From positions 56,978,001 through 57,042,000 of the forward strand of contig OX597827.1 in NCBI GenBank assembly GCA_951406725.2: DNA of 64,000 nt. Reading direction: 5' to 3'. Shown one piece after another: positions 12,896 through 26,469 of this stretch. The DNA comes from Octopus vulgaris. Lineage: Eukaryota. The position numbers and the translations under genes are program-made. The notes beneath the pieces were generated by a model that did not search any database, was not told where the DNA came from, and was given only the letters and a program-made list of their open reading frames with translations. How positions within the stretch are numbered: the stretch's first letter is position 1; every line of letters begins with the position of its first letter.

Positions 12896-13947
12896 TTATA
12901 TATATAATCACCTATATCCCTACCTCTGATCATGTCTCTCACCACACCCTTTCATGAACTTTCCTGCTTTCTCTCTCTTTTCTCTCTCTCTCTCTCTCTT
13001 CTCCTCATCTTTTCCACTGTCTCCATTCCTCTCACATTCACCCTTTTGTATCTTGAGGATATTTCCTTGCACCTCTTCACCACCATACTCCCTCTTTATC
13101 CAATTGGGGATAGCCATGTATCTCCTCTACAGCAAGACACCTGTTCCTATCCCTCTATCATACTTTTGCCTCTCAACACCTAACATAAGCCTCATTCTTC
13201 AATACTGCACCCCACCACCTCTCAATCAAGGGGTCTTTTCTTGCAAATTACTTGTGTCTCAAGTAAAATGGCTTCCAGGTTGGTGACCTTTGCATGCTCA
13301 AGAACATCAGTGTTGGTGATATAGTCACTCCAGTAGATGCTCCAGCATGGCCACAGTCAAATGACTGAAACAAGTAAAAGAGTAAAAGAGTAAGTCCTGG
13401 GGTTGACTTGTTCGACTAAAACCCTTCAAGGCAGTGCCCCAGCATAGCTGCAGCAAAAGATAAACAGGCATTACATTTGTATATGTAATAATATAATAAT
13501 AATAATAATAATGAAATTATTGTGTATAGTGCTCAGATGCACTACAGTGGGGTATAGTAATTTGAATGCTAAAAGATAAAATGTATCTTGGAAGAAATAA
13601 CAAGTTCCTGTAATTGGAATTCCACTAAGGGGAAATTACACTTCATCTCTTTCACAGATTATCTATCAAATAATCTTGTTAAATTAACTATTAGCATTAC
13701 AGGAGTCAAGCAAATTGACTTAGTAGGTAAGATGTAAAGTTTTGTGTATAGTGTTTGAAAGTATTTGAATGTCTTTATAATAAAAGGAAGACTGTTGACC
13801 CATGGCTTCAATCGTGTTAAATGTAAATTGTGGTCTGCTAATGAAACGGAAAGCTATCAACGTTTCTGAAAGAGTAATGACACCTCACAGGATTTAGACT
13901 GAAAGAAAAGCTGAAGTAATGTATGTATGTATGTATGTATGTATGTA

Positions 13948-14008
<61 letters not shown>

Positions 14009-15192
14009 CATCAGTATTTACACAGAGTAGGCAGTTGGTGACCTTTATGTAGTAAAACACATAAAAAATAAGTGTGTGTGTGTAAGAAAAAAAAAATAAG
14101 TGTGCGTGTGTAAGAAAAAAAAATAAGTGTGTGTGTGTAAGAAAAAAAAAACACCTAAAAACATTTTTAGTGTTCAGATTAATCTGTCAAATGTAATGCT
14201 TATTTGTTCACATTATTTTGAATTATTCAGGTTCAAGAGGGGTGTTCACAATATTTCCTTGCATCTTTGTAACTTTTTTACATGCAAATTTGAAATTTTG
14301 TCAGTGGGTGCTTTATATACCACTGGTTAATAGTTATGTAATTTTAGTTGATCTTGCTGAGTAAATTTGACTTTTATGGGCAGGTAAATTTAATAAACAG
14401 ATGTAAAAGCAACAGCATTATGTATAGACACTAAAATTGAAATTCTTAATGCATCTTACCTGTTTGATTTCTTACTAAAATTATCCCAGATGGCAACTGA
14501 CACACACGTACATATATATACATATATATATATATACGCCGGGCTTCTTTCAGTTTCCATCTACCAAATCCACTCACAAGGCTTTGGTCAGCCTGAGGCT
14601 ATAGTAGAAGGCACTTGCCCAAGGTGCTACGCAATGAGACTGAACCCAGAACCATGTGGTTGGTAAGCAAGCTACTTACCACACAGACACTCCTACACCT
14701 CTCTGAACACTTTCTAAAAAAAAAAGGTACCTGTCATTGCTACATTTGAACAAAAGAGTGCATCTGTGTTGCTTTAAGAGAACAATCATTTGACAACATT
14801 GCTTGGAATTGAGTTGCAGTCATCATGTATGTATGGAGGGATACAGTTGTCTTTTACTGTAGCCCCAGGTTGCCCCAAAAATTAAGCTTGTTGAATATGT
14901 TTTGTGTGTGTGTGTGTGTGCTTAGGTGTGCATATGTGTATGCTTGTGTCTGCTTTTCTTGACATTGTGTGATATATGTAAATGAGTGCTGCCAATCATA
15001 CAAACTTCAGCAAAAACATGTCCAGCCATGGCGACATGAAACAAATATGGGTTGGCAACAGGAAGTGAAACCAGCTATAATAAATCTCTCTCAACAAATT
15101 CTATCTGATCCACGCAAGCTTGGAAGAAAAGTAGACATTAAAATGATGATGATGATGTGTTCATGTATATATATATATTTTCTCATTATTTC

Positions 15193-15331
<139 letters not shown>

Positions 15332-15699
15332 CCGTGATCACTGTAACCAACCAGGCTCTCAGATGTTGTTACACATCGCTGGTCACAATGCGCTTTGCAT
15401 TGCTTTAGCCTTCAATGATGCCCCCTTGTTGGCTAAGCGAGTAGGCCTACAGAAGAAAGAGTACAGCAGGGATTGCCACAATCCCTTGCCGGGGCGTCAT
15501 GGAATTTTAGGTGTTTACATTCAATAAACACTCACAATGCCTGGTCTGGGAATCAAAACCGCAATCCTACAACCTCGAGTCCGCTGCCCTAACCACTGGG
15601 TCATTGCACCTCCACACACACACACAACACATATTTATATGTAGGTATATATATATATATATATTTACACACACACACATATATATATATATATGTATG

Positions 15700-15748
<49 letters not shown>

Positions 15749-15938
15749 TCTTTTACTCTTTTACTCTTTTACTTGTTTCAGTCATTTGACTGCGGCCATG
15801 CTGAAGCACCGCCTTTAGTCGATTATTCTTTGTAAGCCTATTACTTATTTTATCGGTCTCTTTTTGCCGAGCCGCTAAGTTACAGGGACGTATACACACC
15901 AGCATCAGTTGTCAAGCGATGTTGGGGGGACAAACACA

Positions 15939-15983
<45 letters not shown>

Positions 15984-16034
15984 GTATATATACATACATA
16001 TATATGACGGGCTTCTTTCAGTTTCCGTCTACCA

Positions 16035-16130
16035 AATCCACTCACAAGGCTTTGATCGGCCCGAATCCACTCACAAGGCTTTGGTCGGCCCGAATCCACT
16101 CACAAGGCTTTGGTCGGCCCGTCCACTCAC
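16035..16130. repeat. 29-bp tandem repeat x3 inside a SINE A copy
   Basis: AATCCACTCACAAGGCTTTGGTCGGCCCG at 16035, 16064 and 16093, with no spacers. Confidence 0.9.
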
Positions 16131-16139
16131 ACACACACG

Positions 16140-16184
<45 letters not shown>

Positions 16185-16384
16185 GGCGCCTCTGATATAA
16201 GAAATTCTTCTAAATATCTAATAGTACATATAATTACTCACTCTCATTTCTTGGCATTTTTATTTTTTCTTCTTATATATGTACACACACACACACACAC
16301 ATGCATGCATAATATAATATGTTATATATGTAAAATGAAAGAGAAGGAGAGAAAGATATATATATAATATATATACATATACAT

Positions 16385-16489
<105 letters not shown>

Positions 16490-17556
16490 TACATACACAT
16501 GCACAAACACTATGCATATATATTTCTTATCACTTAAACTATATTTTTTTTTTTGTCAAGCTGGAGTAGTTATTAAGAATATTTTAATTGGAATCTTGGA
16601 AATATTGCTGTCGTCTTTATATGTTCTCAACTCTCATTTGTTTAGTTCTGCAAAATCTTATATATATATATATTTTTTTTCTCCTAAACCGACAAGATGT
16701 CTGAACTAGGGATGAATTGCTCATTCAAAATCATTTTAATTAGAACATCTCAGTTATATGAATTAACTAACCAAATAGACAAAAAATAAAATAAAATAAA
16801 CCCAAAAAACAAAAAAAAAACAACAAAAAACAACAGAAACACAGCAACAAAAACTAAAACAAGACAAAAATTATTGTCAAAACAAACAGTTTTGGGAGAA
16901 AATATTTTTGTAGGGAAAATGTAAACATTGTATCAAAGCTCTTTGGCTTACAAATTAGTTTAGTTTATTTACAAGAAGAGACAATCCTGAGAAGGTAAAA
17001 AAAAAAATAATATTTTCTTTATTTCAAAGATAGTAAAGAAAGCAAAAGGTTGGTTTAACAAAGATGTAATCAATATGATGGACAACAACACCAGAATAAC
17101 AATCATATAAATAGGCTTAAAGTGTCAATTATAAATAACCTATCCATTTTCTTGAAATCCTTTTATATTAATTCTTCCTATTAATTCATCTCACTGACTG
17201 TGTATTAGAGATGTTAACTTAGAATTTGGTATTAAACTTGTAAACTTGTACTTGACTTAGGTTCTTCTCAGACAGGTATTTTCTACATCTTTTCTATTTA
17301 CAACTTTGAAATTTGTGTTATATATGAATTGTTTACAGGGATTTTTGTTAGAGGTAATGGTTACCTTTTTATTTTATTATTTTTTTTACCTGTTTCAGTC
17401 ATTAGACTGTGGTTATCCTGGGGCACTGCTTTGAAGAATTATTAGTTGAATATACCAGCTCCAGTATCGGGATGCAAACATACCAGCACCGGTTGTCAAG
17501 CATTGGGGGTGGTGGGAGTGGAGAAAACACAAACAAATACACACATGCACATAGAT

Positions 17557-17604
<48 letters not shown>

Positions 17605-17740
17605 GGCTTCTTTTAGTTTCCATCCACCAAATCCATTACAAGGCTTTGGTCAGCTGGAGGTTATCATAGAAGGCACTTGCCCAAAGTGCCATGTAGTGGG
17701 ACTGAACCCAAAACCATGTGGTTGGGCAGTAAGCTTCTTA

Positions 17741-17948
17741 GGTGAGCTAGCAGAAACGTTAGCACGCCAGGCGAAATGCTTTGCAGTATTTCGTCAAATT
17801 CTGCCGAGGTCGACTTTGCCTTTCATCCTTTCGGGTTTGATAAATTAAGTATCAGTTATGCACTGGGGTCGATTTAATCAACTTAATCCCTTTGTCTGTC
17901 CTTGTTTGTCCCCTCTATGTTTAGCCCCTTGTGGGCAATAAAGAAATA
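17741..17948 (+). mobile_element. SINE family B with 13-bp TSD, nested in SINE A
   Basis: GAGCTAGCAGAAACGTTAGC head to GGGCAATAAAGAAAT tail; AGTAAGCTTCTTA at 17728-17740 and 17949-17961. Dozens of family B copies occur across the window. Confidence 0.85.
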
Positions 17949-19877
17949 AGTAAGCTTCTTACCAAATTTCTTTCTGGTTCTGAGTATGATTGGATGCTGC
18001 ATTTTGGTAGTGGGGTTCCGGTTTGTGAATTCCAGGGTTTCAAAGAATGTGGAACCACATCTTAACCATCATTATTTGCAGATCTACTCTGACCTGGAGT
18101 AGTTGTATCTGTCAAGATCCCAGCTATTGGCTAATTTGTATGTTATGCAATTTTGTCTCGAAGATGGTCAGTCACAGACATTCCAACAAATCCAGGCTAT
18201 ATAAATCCCTCAGTTCTTTAGCTGCTCATCTAAGAGAAGATAACTCCATACAAATCTTGCAACCTGATAGCTACTGGGCTCATGGCACTTGTTGCATCAG
18301 ACCAATACAAGTTTGTAAGATGAGAGAGTGGGACTCAGAGCGTAGTGGCAGTCGTAATACTGCTAAGCATTTCATTCGGCGTGCTAACGTTTCTGCCAGC
18401 TCGTCGCCTTGACATGATTCTATCAAATGTAATGCTCATTTATTCACATTCCTTTGAATTAATCATGCATTACCTGAGTCTTTGAGATTTTGATGATGTG
18501 ATTGTATATTTCTAGAATGACGTTGTAGGGTAGATGTGAGAGTCTGCATCTGGCCAGTTTGAACCTAAAATGTGTAGAATATTTGGGTCTGATATAGCCA
18601 GTGTAAATGCTAAAGGTTTAAAGATTAGTAAAATTGGATGATTTGTCATTAAAAAAAAACAGGCCAATACAGCAACATAGCAAGGTTTGTCATGCCTATT
18701 TGTTTTATAGACACAAGCTTTTCTCCTTTAATTTTGGTAGTTTTATTTGATGGTTCAGTGAATGCTAATACTTCATCCATATTACCTCTTAGCCAAATTC
18801 ATAATTTGTTTCTTTCTTGGCATTCATATCATATTTATGAAACTCTGTTTTTTTCTTTATTTTTCTCTTTGTATTTTTCATGCAATCCTTGTTTTTATTC
18901 ACATGCCTATGTTGTTCCTCTGCAAACTCATCTGCTAATATATTTTAGATTTTCTGCTAATCCCTTTGATTTGCATGCTGTCATCATTCTTGAGACTTTA
19001 TATCCCATTCTCCATTGACTCAGAATTTTATAAGGATGACACATGTCTGCTCAGACAGTGTTGTCCTAGTGTTGTTATTTGTTGATTAAATATATTTATA
19101 AAACTAATCATTCCTTTGAAACACCATATAAATCAAGGGAAACTATAAATGTATAACTAAGGAATAAGATAAGAGCGCTTAACTTGAATAAACAAAATAA
19201 AGGGATTTATAAACAAAATTGTAAACACAACCAACTCCCTTGTATAAGTATGGTGTAATAACTACCAGCTATTTTCATTGTTGCAACCCATTAAAAGATG
19301 ATACCTTAATTGTACCAGCAATTAAAGTTGAATTTTAATGAATATAAAAGCTTTACTTGATATGTATTTCCCACATGTCTGTACTATCTCAATAGCTTGA
19401 TAAAGATATGACTAATACAAACACTTATGTGTTACTTGTAATTTTTAGATCATTCTGTCTGTTTGCATGATTTTGCAACAATAATACTAGTTTTATTCTT
19501 TTTTTCATTTAAATTTAAAATTAGTTTAATCTTCTTAACATTAAAGTCTCATTAATCTTTACATTCAAAGTTCAAATTCTACCAAGGTTGACTTTGCCTT
19601 TGATCCTTTTGGGTCGATTAAATAAGTACCAGCAGGGCACTGGGGTTGATGCAATTGACTTGGACTCACCCTGAAATTGCTTGCCTTGTACCAAAACTTG
19701 AAACCAGTAATAAATCTCATACAAGGCAGTGAGCTGACAGAACTGTTAACATGCTGGGTAATGGTAATTTTTCGAACTTTACTTAGTTGGTATTTTATCC
19801 AACTTCACATTCTGAATTCAAAAGCCACCATGGTCAACTTTGCTTTTCATCCTTTCAGGGTTGATAAAATAAATACC

Positions 19878-20106
19878 TATTTCTTTACTACCCACAAGGG
19901 GCTAAACATAGAGGGGACAAACAAGGACAGACATAGGTATTAAGTCGATTACATCGACCCCAGTGCGGAACTGGTACTTAATTTATCGACCCCGAAAGGA
20001 TGAAAGGAAAGTCAACCTCGGCGGAATTTGAACTCACAACGTAACGACAGACGAAATACCGCTAAGCATTTCGCCCGGCGTGCTAACGTTTCTGCCAGTT
20101 CGCCGT
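19878..20106 (-). mobile_element. SINE B inserted antisense into another SINE B
   Basis: TSD AAATAAATACC at 19867-19877 and 20107-20117. Confidence 0.85.
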
Positions 20107-20600
20107 AAATAAATACCAGTTACCCACTGGGGTTGATGTAATTGACTTAATCCCTTCCCCAAATTTGAGGCCCTGTGCTTCCAGTAGAAAGAATCATTAT
20201 TATTATAATAAATTGTTGTAAGGTGGCAAGTTAGCAGAATTGTTACCCGTTGAACACTGGGGTCGATGTAATTGATTTATCCCTGCCACCAAACTTCCTG
20301 GCTTTGCACTAAAATCTGAAACCATTATTAAATCTTTTGATTAAGCAAAATTGTTTATCTAATCTCTAATGCAAATCACCTGTTTCTCTCCTTTGGTCAT
20401 ACTGTAATCGCTCATCACCAGACACAAAGTCAACTCCCTCAATACTACTCACCTCTCAATCAAAGTGTCTTGTCTTGCAAGTTACTTGCTGACCTCACCA
20501 GTGCTGTGAAAAGCACCCAGTACACCATGTAAAGTGGTTGGTGTTAGGAAGAGCATAGAAACCATACCGAAGCAGACAGTAGAGCATGACACAGTCTTCT

Positions 20601-20833
20601 CATTTCCTTATTGCCCACAAGGGGCTAAACATAGAGGGGACAAACAAGGACAGACAAATGGATTAAGTTGATTATATCGACCCCAGTGTGTAACTGGTAC
20701 TTAATTTACTGACCCCGAAAGGATGAAAGGTAAAGTCGACCTTGGCGGAATTTGAACTCAGAACGTAGCGGCAGACAAAATACGGCTATGCATTTCGCCC
20801 GGTGTGCTAACATCTCTACCAGCTCGCCGCCTT
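20601..20833 (-). mobile_element. SINE B, full length, 15-bp TSD
   Basis: ATGACACAGTCTTCT at 20586-20600 and 20834-20848. Confidence 0.88.
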
Positions 20834-21263
20834 ATGACACAGTCTTCTGGCTCCCCAACTCCTGCTGAACCATGCCAGTATAGAAAGCAAATGTTAAAAA
20901 ATGATAATGATAATGATAGTTGTTATTGTCACAGGAAGTACTCTGGTGAATTCTCTTGGTTCCAGATCACTTGGTGCCATCTCTCCTTGTTTGAAACTCA
21001 GTGTCTTCAGCCAAATGTTGTGCTTCCATAAATAATGATGTTTTTTTTTACAGTTGTAGCTTTTTCCCTCAAACTGTCAGACTTTGGAATTGTTTTTCAT
21101 CTCAATGTTTTCCTCCTTTGTATGACATGAGCTCTTTCAAGCCTAACATAAATTCATTCCTTTCGTCTTAATTTCTCCTTCTTCATAGTCTTTTTCACTA
21201 AATAGCATCTTGCCTTACTTGGGACTTACTTATATAAAAAAGAAAAAAACAAACAAAACATTG

Positions 21264-21674
21264 GGATCTTTTCGGTTTGAATGGCAGTTTTTAACATAAT
21301 TTCTAGGTAACTAGAAAATTTTAAACTTTGTATACTGGTAGAATGTGTTTATAAAACATCTTTTTCTCTTGGCTTTATTGAGAAAATTCTATAGTTTGTA
21401 AGATATTTGTTGTTTTTTTTCTTCAATTTCTGCAATTTCAACCAATCTGATGTCTATTGAGGTAAAAAACATTCTGTGCCGTATGAATATGTCCCTCGTT
21501 TAAGAAACAGATTGGGTTTATTTACATTTGTGAAGAAAAAAAACCCTTCCCCCACCCCTAACCCTAACACTAAAACAGATTGAAATGCAATAGATCGATA
21601 CTAGGGTCATAATTATGGGTGACAATTTCATATGACACAGCTAGAAAAAACTGCCATTCAAACCAAAAAGATCC
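21264..21674. mobile_element. MITE with 29-bp TIRs and 8-bp TSD (Merlin- or hAT-like)
   Basis: TIR GGATCTTTTYGGTTTGAATGGCAGTTTTT; AAACATTG at 21256-21263 and 21675-21682. Confidence 0.88.
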
Positions 21675-21758
21675 AAACATTGTTTAACTTTTAGAATAAA
21701 AATATTTTCTTGAAGTTTCCTTTATTTGATAAATTTAAATGTTATTTTTGTTTTCCAG

Positions 21759-21949
21759 ACTATATTAGCAATTACTAATTTCGTTTGTGAAAATCTTGGT
21801 CAAGTCTATATTGAAAGTCCAGCTCTCAGTTTGCCAGACTTATATAATGACATGAGAAAGAACATTCCACTGATATTTATTCTAAGTTCTGGTTCAGATC
21901 CTATGGGGGCATTTCTCAAATTTGCTAAAGACAAAGAATACTTGAGCCG
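21759..21949 (+). CDS. DNAH6: DNAH6-like, window exon 3 (start of AAA6)
   Basis: ttccag / gtttgt; 191 nt, phase 0-2; TILAITNFVCENLGQVYIESP...PLIFILSSGSDPMGAFLKFAK, the canonical dynein PLIFILSxGSDP motif. Confidence 0.95.
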
Positions 21950-21999
21950 GTTTGTTGAATCTTTATTCCATTTTTTAATAATATTATGTAATAATATGT

Positions 22000-22321
22000 C
22001 GTGGAGGCGCAATGGCCCAGTGGTCAGGGCAGTGGATTCGCGGTCAGAGGATCGCGGTTTCGATTCCCAGACTGGGCATTGTGTGTATTTATTGAGCAAA
22101 AACACCTAAAAGCTCCACGGTGCTCCGGCGGGGGGGGGGGAAGGGGTGACCCCAGTTGTACTCTTTTGTCACAACTTTCTCTCACTCTCTCTTCCTGTTT
22201 CTTGAGTAACACTGCGATGGACTGGTGTCCCATCCAGCTGGGGGGAACACATACGCCACAAAAACCGGGAAACCAGGCACATGAGTCTGGCTAGGCTTGA
22301 AAAGAGTGACAAAAAAAAAAA
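22000..22321 (+). mobile_element. SINE family C (tRNA-derived head, A tail, TSD)
   Basis: A box TGGCCCAGTGG, B box GGTTTCGATTCC; TAATAATATGT on both sides. Other copies at about 15331-15615(-), 36120-36428(-), 36597-36795(-), 43623-43995(+) and 63369-63741(-). Confidence 0.85.
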
Positions 22322-22948
22322 TAATAATATGTTAGAACAATTATCAGAAGCAACAGTGGAGTTCTTGGTAGCATTTTATTTCAGTTGATCAATTTAATAT
22401 ATCTGTGATGACATGATGGTGTAAAATTCCTTTATGTGCAGTGAGAACAAACACCTCCAAATGTAGTTTGATTTCATTCTTAATAATATATTTATATATT
22501 TAAGGCAGTGAGCTGGCAGAATTGTTAACATGCCAGGCAAAATGTTTAGTGGCATTTTGTCTGTCATTATGTTCTGAGTTCAAATTCAGCTGAAGTTGAT
22601 GTTTCCTTTCATCCTTTCGGGGTCCATAAAATAAGTACCAGTGGAGTACTGGAGTCGAGGCAATTGACTTACCTCACTCTCTGAAATTGCTGGCCTTGTG
22701 CCAAAATTTAAATCACCTTATTTATTTATTTATATATTTATTTGTATCAGCAATGTATGCATTTCAAGAAATTGAATATATGCTACTTCTTACCAAAAGG
22801 AACAAGGATTCACTTACTAGCATCAGCTGATACACCCAACCATTACTTATGTGCAAATAGAACCAAATATTATATGGAGTATACCAAGATTCCAATTGTA
22901 AATTATCGTATGACTGCATCTTACTTTTTTTTTCCCCTTCCTTTTCAG

Positions 22949-23042
22949 ATTACAGGCAATATCTCTTGGACAAGGACAAGGTCCGATTGCACAGACAATG
23001 ATTAAAGATGCTACAACGTTAGGTAACTGGGTGTTTTTACAG
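22949..23042 (+). CDS. DNAH6: DNAH6-like, window exon 4
   Basis: ttttcag / gtaaat; 94 nt, phase 2-0; LQAISLGQGQGPIAQTMIKDATTLGNWVFLQ (AAA6 SLGQGQ and WVFLQN motifs). Confidence 0.96.
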
Positions 23043-23273
23043 GTAAATAAGAACCAGTCAAGTACTGGAGTTGACTAAATCTATCATACCATTCTCTAAA
23101 ATTAGTGGCCTCATACTTAAATCAAAAATCACTAATCAGTCTCTATGCAAAATATTGCCATGGTTTTGTGGGTGAGCAGTTTACTTTACAACCATGTGAG
23201 TCCAGGTTTGATCTTAAAGCACAGCATTTTGGCCAAACATCTTGTCGTGGCGTGTGACTAATCAATATCTTCT

Positions 23274-23682
23274 GAGCTGGTAGAATTGTTAGTATGCTGG
23301 GCGAAATGCTTAGCGGTATTTCGTCTACCGCTACGTTCTGAGTTCAAATTCTGTCGAGGTCGACTTTGCCTTTCATCCTTTCGGGGTCGATTAAATAAGT
23401 ACCAGTTATGCATTGGGGTTGATATAATCGACTTAATCCGTTTGTCTGTCCTTGTTTGTCCTCTCTGTGTTTAGCCCCTTGTGGGTAGTAAAGAAATAGG
23501 TATTTCGTCTACCACTACGTTCTGAGTTCAAATTCCACCGAGGTTAACTTTGCCTTTCATCCTTTCGGGGTCAATTTAATAAGTACCAGTTATGCACTGG
23601 GGTCGATGTAATCGACTTAATCCATTTGTCTGTCCTTGTTTGTCCCCTCTATGTTTAGCCCCTTGTGGGCAATAAAGAATTA
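23274..23682 (+). mobile_element. SINE B dimer with a single TSD pair
   Basis: Units at 23274-23498 and 23499-23682; AATATCTTCTGAGC at 23264-23277 and 23683-23696. Confidence 0.85.
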
Positions 23683-25189
23683 AATATCTTCTGAGCAGAA
23701 TTTGGTAGACAGAAATGGTGCAGAAACCTGTTATGCATGAGTGCATGAGTGTGTTTATATCAGTGAGAATCAATACACTGAGATAGAAAGAGCTTGTGGC
23801 ATTAATGTCTGACTGAATTATCACTTCTTATGCCGATGTCTACTTTGTATTTTGTAACTTACAAGAATGATAAGATATGTACTGAACAAAGTTGATGTAA
23901 TCAACTAAAACCCTTGGGGGCAGTACCTAGCATGGTTACAGTTCCGTGACTGAAACCAATGAAAGAAGTATAAATCATCATACCAGCTATATGTCTAGTG
24001 AGTACAATGAAATGGTTTTTGGTGAGTTGAGTCTGTAACTGAAACCAGATTTAGTTCATTGCTGATGGTTTTGGAAAAAGGCTTAAATATTACAATTTTC
24101 CTTTATTCATCTTTTATTGTCTTTTGCTTCAAGGCAGTGAACTGGCAGAGCTGTTAGCACACTGGCTGAAATGCTTAATGACATTTTGTCCATCTTTATG
24201 TTCCGAGTTCAAATTCTGCCAGGGTCAACTTTGCCTTTCATCTTTTTGGGGGTCAATAAAATAAGTACTAGTTGAGCATGGGGGTGGTGTCAATGCAATC
24301 AACTTACTCCCTCTCCTGAAATTACTAGCCCTGTGCCAAAATTTGAAATCAATGTCTTGTGCATTATAACATTGTAGGAAAAGAGAATTACAACAATAGA
24401 TGGTTGCAGTATATTGAATACAAAAGGGCTTATTTTGGACAGAAGACCCTATTTTCAAAAACTATTTATCTTGTCATTCCTTTGATCATTACTGTAAAAC
24501 TGATATATTGTCTTTATCTTTTTACATTTTGATTTCATGTCGCATAGTGTTGGCTTTGGCTTTCATCATCCCAGAGTTTATAAAGTTACATTATACATAC
24601 AAGTTACTTATAAAAGTTGACTTAACTGACTTTTTCCACCCCAGTATATGCACATCCATATGTATATCATGCATACTTACATACATACAAAATCATCACC
24701 TCGTACCATTGTTTGAAATCATAACACCAACAATTATAAGAAAAACTAGCAGTATAGCCCAGCATTGCTTGGGCTTGTTTTCTTTTCTTTAGAATTGGAA
24801 GTTTTGAAAAGTAAAAATTTTGCATTATGTAACTTGTTATTCTCTGTAAGTGAACATTTTTCTGGTTGAAATACACCAAAAAATGACGACAGCTGTCAAA
24901 AAATCGTAAAAAATAGGGATTTTCATAGAAAAAAAAGCACCTTTTTGATGTAAATAATTTTTGGTGTTAACATGATTTGATTTGAATGTTTTCTTCTACG
25001 GAAGGAAGAGCAAGCCTTCTTCTATCATACTCTCAATTTTGGTCAACTTGCACTGCAGGGTCTCGGAGAAGATAGTGTTAGTTAAAGGTTACCAAACCTG
25101 CCATACACAGACAACTTCAGCTTTATATATATAGAGATTAGTTGCTTGATATACTGAAAACTATTGGTAGACAATTAAAGGTGTTTTTA

Positions 25190-25395
25190 CGAGGGAGCGC
25201 TGAAAAGTTCCTGGTTTTGAAAAACAGGAGGATCAGTTAATTATGATTTTATTCAACTTATTCCCCTCTCAGATTCACATACCTACTGCAACGGTCCTTC
25301 AGTTTTTTAAAGCCCTGTAAAAGAATTTGGAAGGTTTGGCCTCCAACCAAGCCTTTCGTGATACCCTTAAAGTCAGGACCTTTTCAGCACCCTCT
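25190..25395 (-). mobile_element. Short mariner-derived MITE
   Basis: TA|CGAGGGAGCGCTGAAAAGTTCCTG...CAGGACCTTTTCAGCACCCTC TIRs; the minus strand retains KKLKDRCSRYVNLRGE*VE, a mariner transposase C-terminus. Confidence 0.75.
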
Positions 25396-25476
25396 TCCAA
25401 GTAAAATGTATTATAGCCAATGCTGCATTTATTCTTTTTGTTTTACGATTCTTATTATTATTTCATCTACTCAAAG

Positions 25477-25717
25477 AACTGCCACTTAGCTCAATCATGG
25501 ATGCCATCTATGGAAAATATTATCAGGAATTTGGTAGAATCTCCTGATGAAATTCATGATGATTTTCGTTTGTTCTTGAGTTCGATGCCAGCAAAACATT
25601 TTCCCATCAGTGTCCTTCAGAACAGCATAAAAGTAACTAATGAACCACCGAAAGGTCTCAGAGCAAATCTAAAAAGAACAATTGGCACTATCACAACCGC
25701 TTTCTTTGAAGAACACA
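25477..25717 (+). CDS. DNAH6: DNAH6-like, window exon 5
   Basis: AAG acceptor / gtaagt; 241 nt, phase 0-1; NCHLAQSWMP...FRLFLSSMPAKHFPISVLQNSIKVTNEPPKGLRANLKR...FFEEH. Confidence 0.95.
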
Positions 25718-26469
25718 GTAAGTAAACTTCTGTTTCTCACACAAGCAACTACTTATGTTTCATTCATATGTTGGTGGTGCTCATATTATTTTATTATTAT
25801 ATTCAGAATGTGATAAAATATGAAGTTGTGGTTGTTTAGTCCCAGGTTAAATCTGGTTGAGCAAACTCATGATCAATGATGATCTTGTCATGACCATCCT
25901 GTATTTATATTTCAAGCACATATCTAAAATGTCCTATTTCTAAGCCAGTAGGATTGAGCTTGTAGATTTGGTTGCTATTTCTAGCAGGTTGAGTGATCAC
26001 ATAGAGACTTCCTAATCGGCTTACCATATAATATATTGTTTAACCACATTCACTTTCTGACCTTTTTTTTTAGTAAAAGGTCATTCCAGAAGTGGCCTTC
26101 CCATTTTTTTTTGTTACACTGTATAATATAATAAGGACCACGTTATCCATTACCAATCATATGAAAGATTTTTCATTAGACCATCATAAAATGTTTCATA
26201 ATATCGATTACTTGAATTTTATTCTTTGAAGCTGGGTCTTCAATGAATGACAAATGCCAGATCAATCACTTTTATAATAATTTGATCATCTCACCTTTCA
26301 GACATGTCTTAGAATTTTAATAAACTGACAGCACTCATGGCACTTGGTTCATACTAAGATAGGGGATAGATTTCCCAAGTGGATACTTCTGTCAATTTTA
26401 ACAAAGTTTATTGATGCTTAATTAGTAGACTGACTGCTGTCTTGTCCTACTAGAACTGTATTGATGTTG

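Noticed and set aside
14062-14150. Roughly 27-bp triple repeat
   Set aside because: Slippage product of A-runs and (TG)n with no further structure.
16035-16130. 29-bp repeats resembling a CRISPR array
   Set aside because: Units are directly adjacent with no spacers, derive from SINE A, and the context is eukaryotic with no cas genes.
21555-21570. Telomere-like CCCTAACCCTAA (similar near 6875 and 54670)
   Set aside because: Only two units, here internal to a MITE; not an interstitial telomere array.
22001-22080. tRNA gene
   Set aside because: A and B boxes are present, but the sequence continues into SINE body, A tail and TSD; it is a SINE head.
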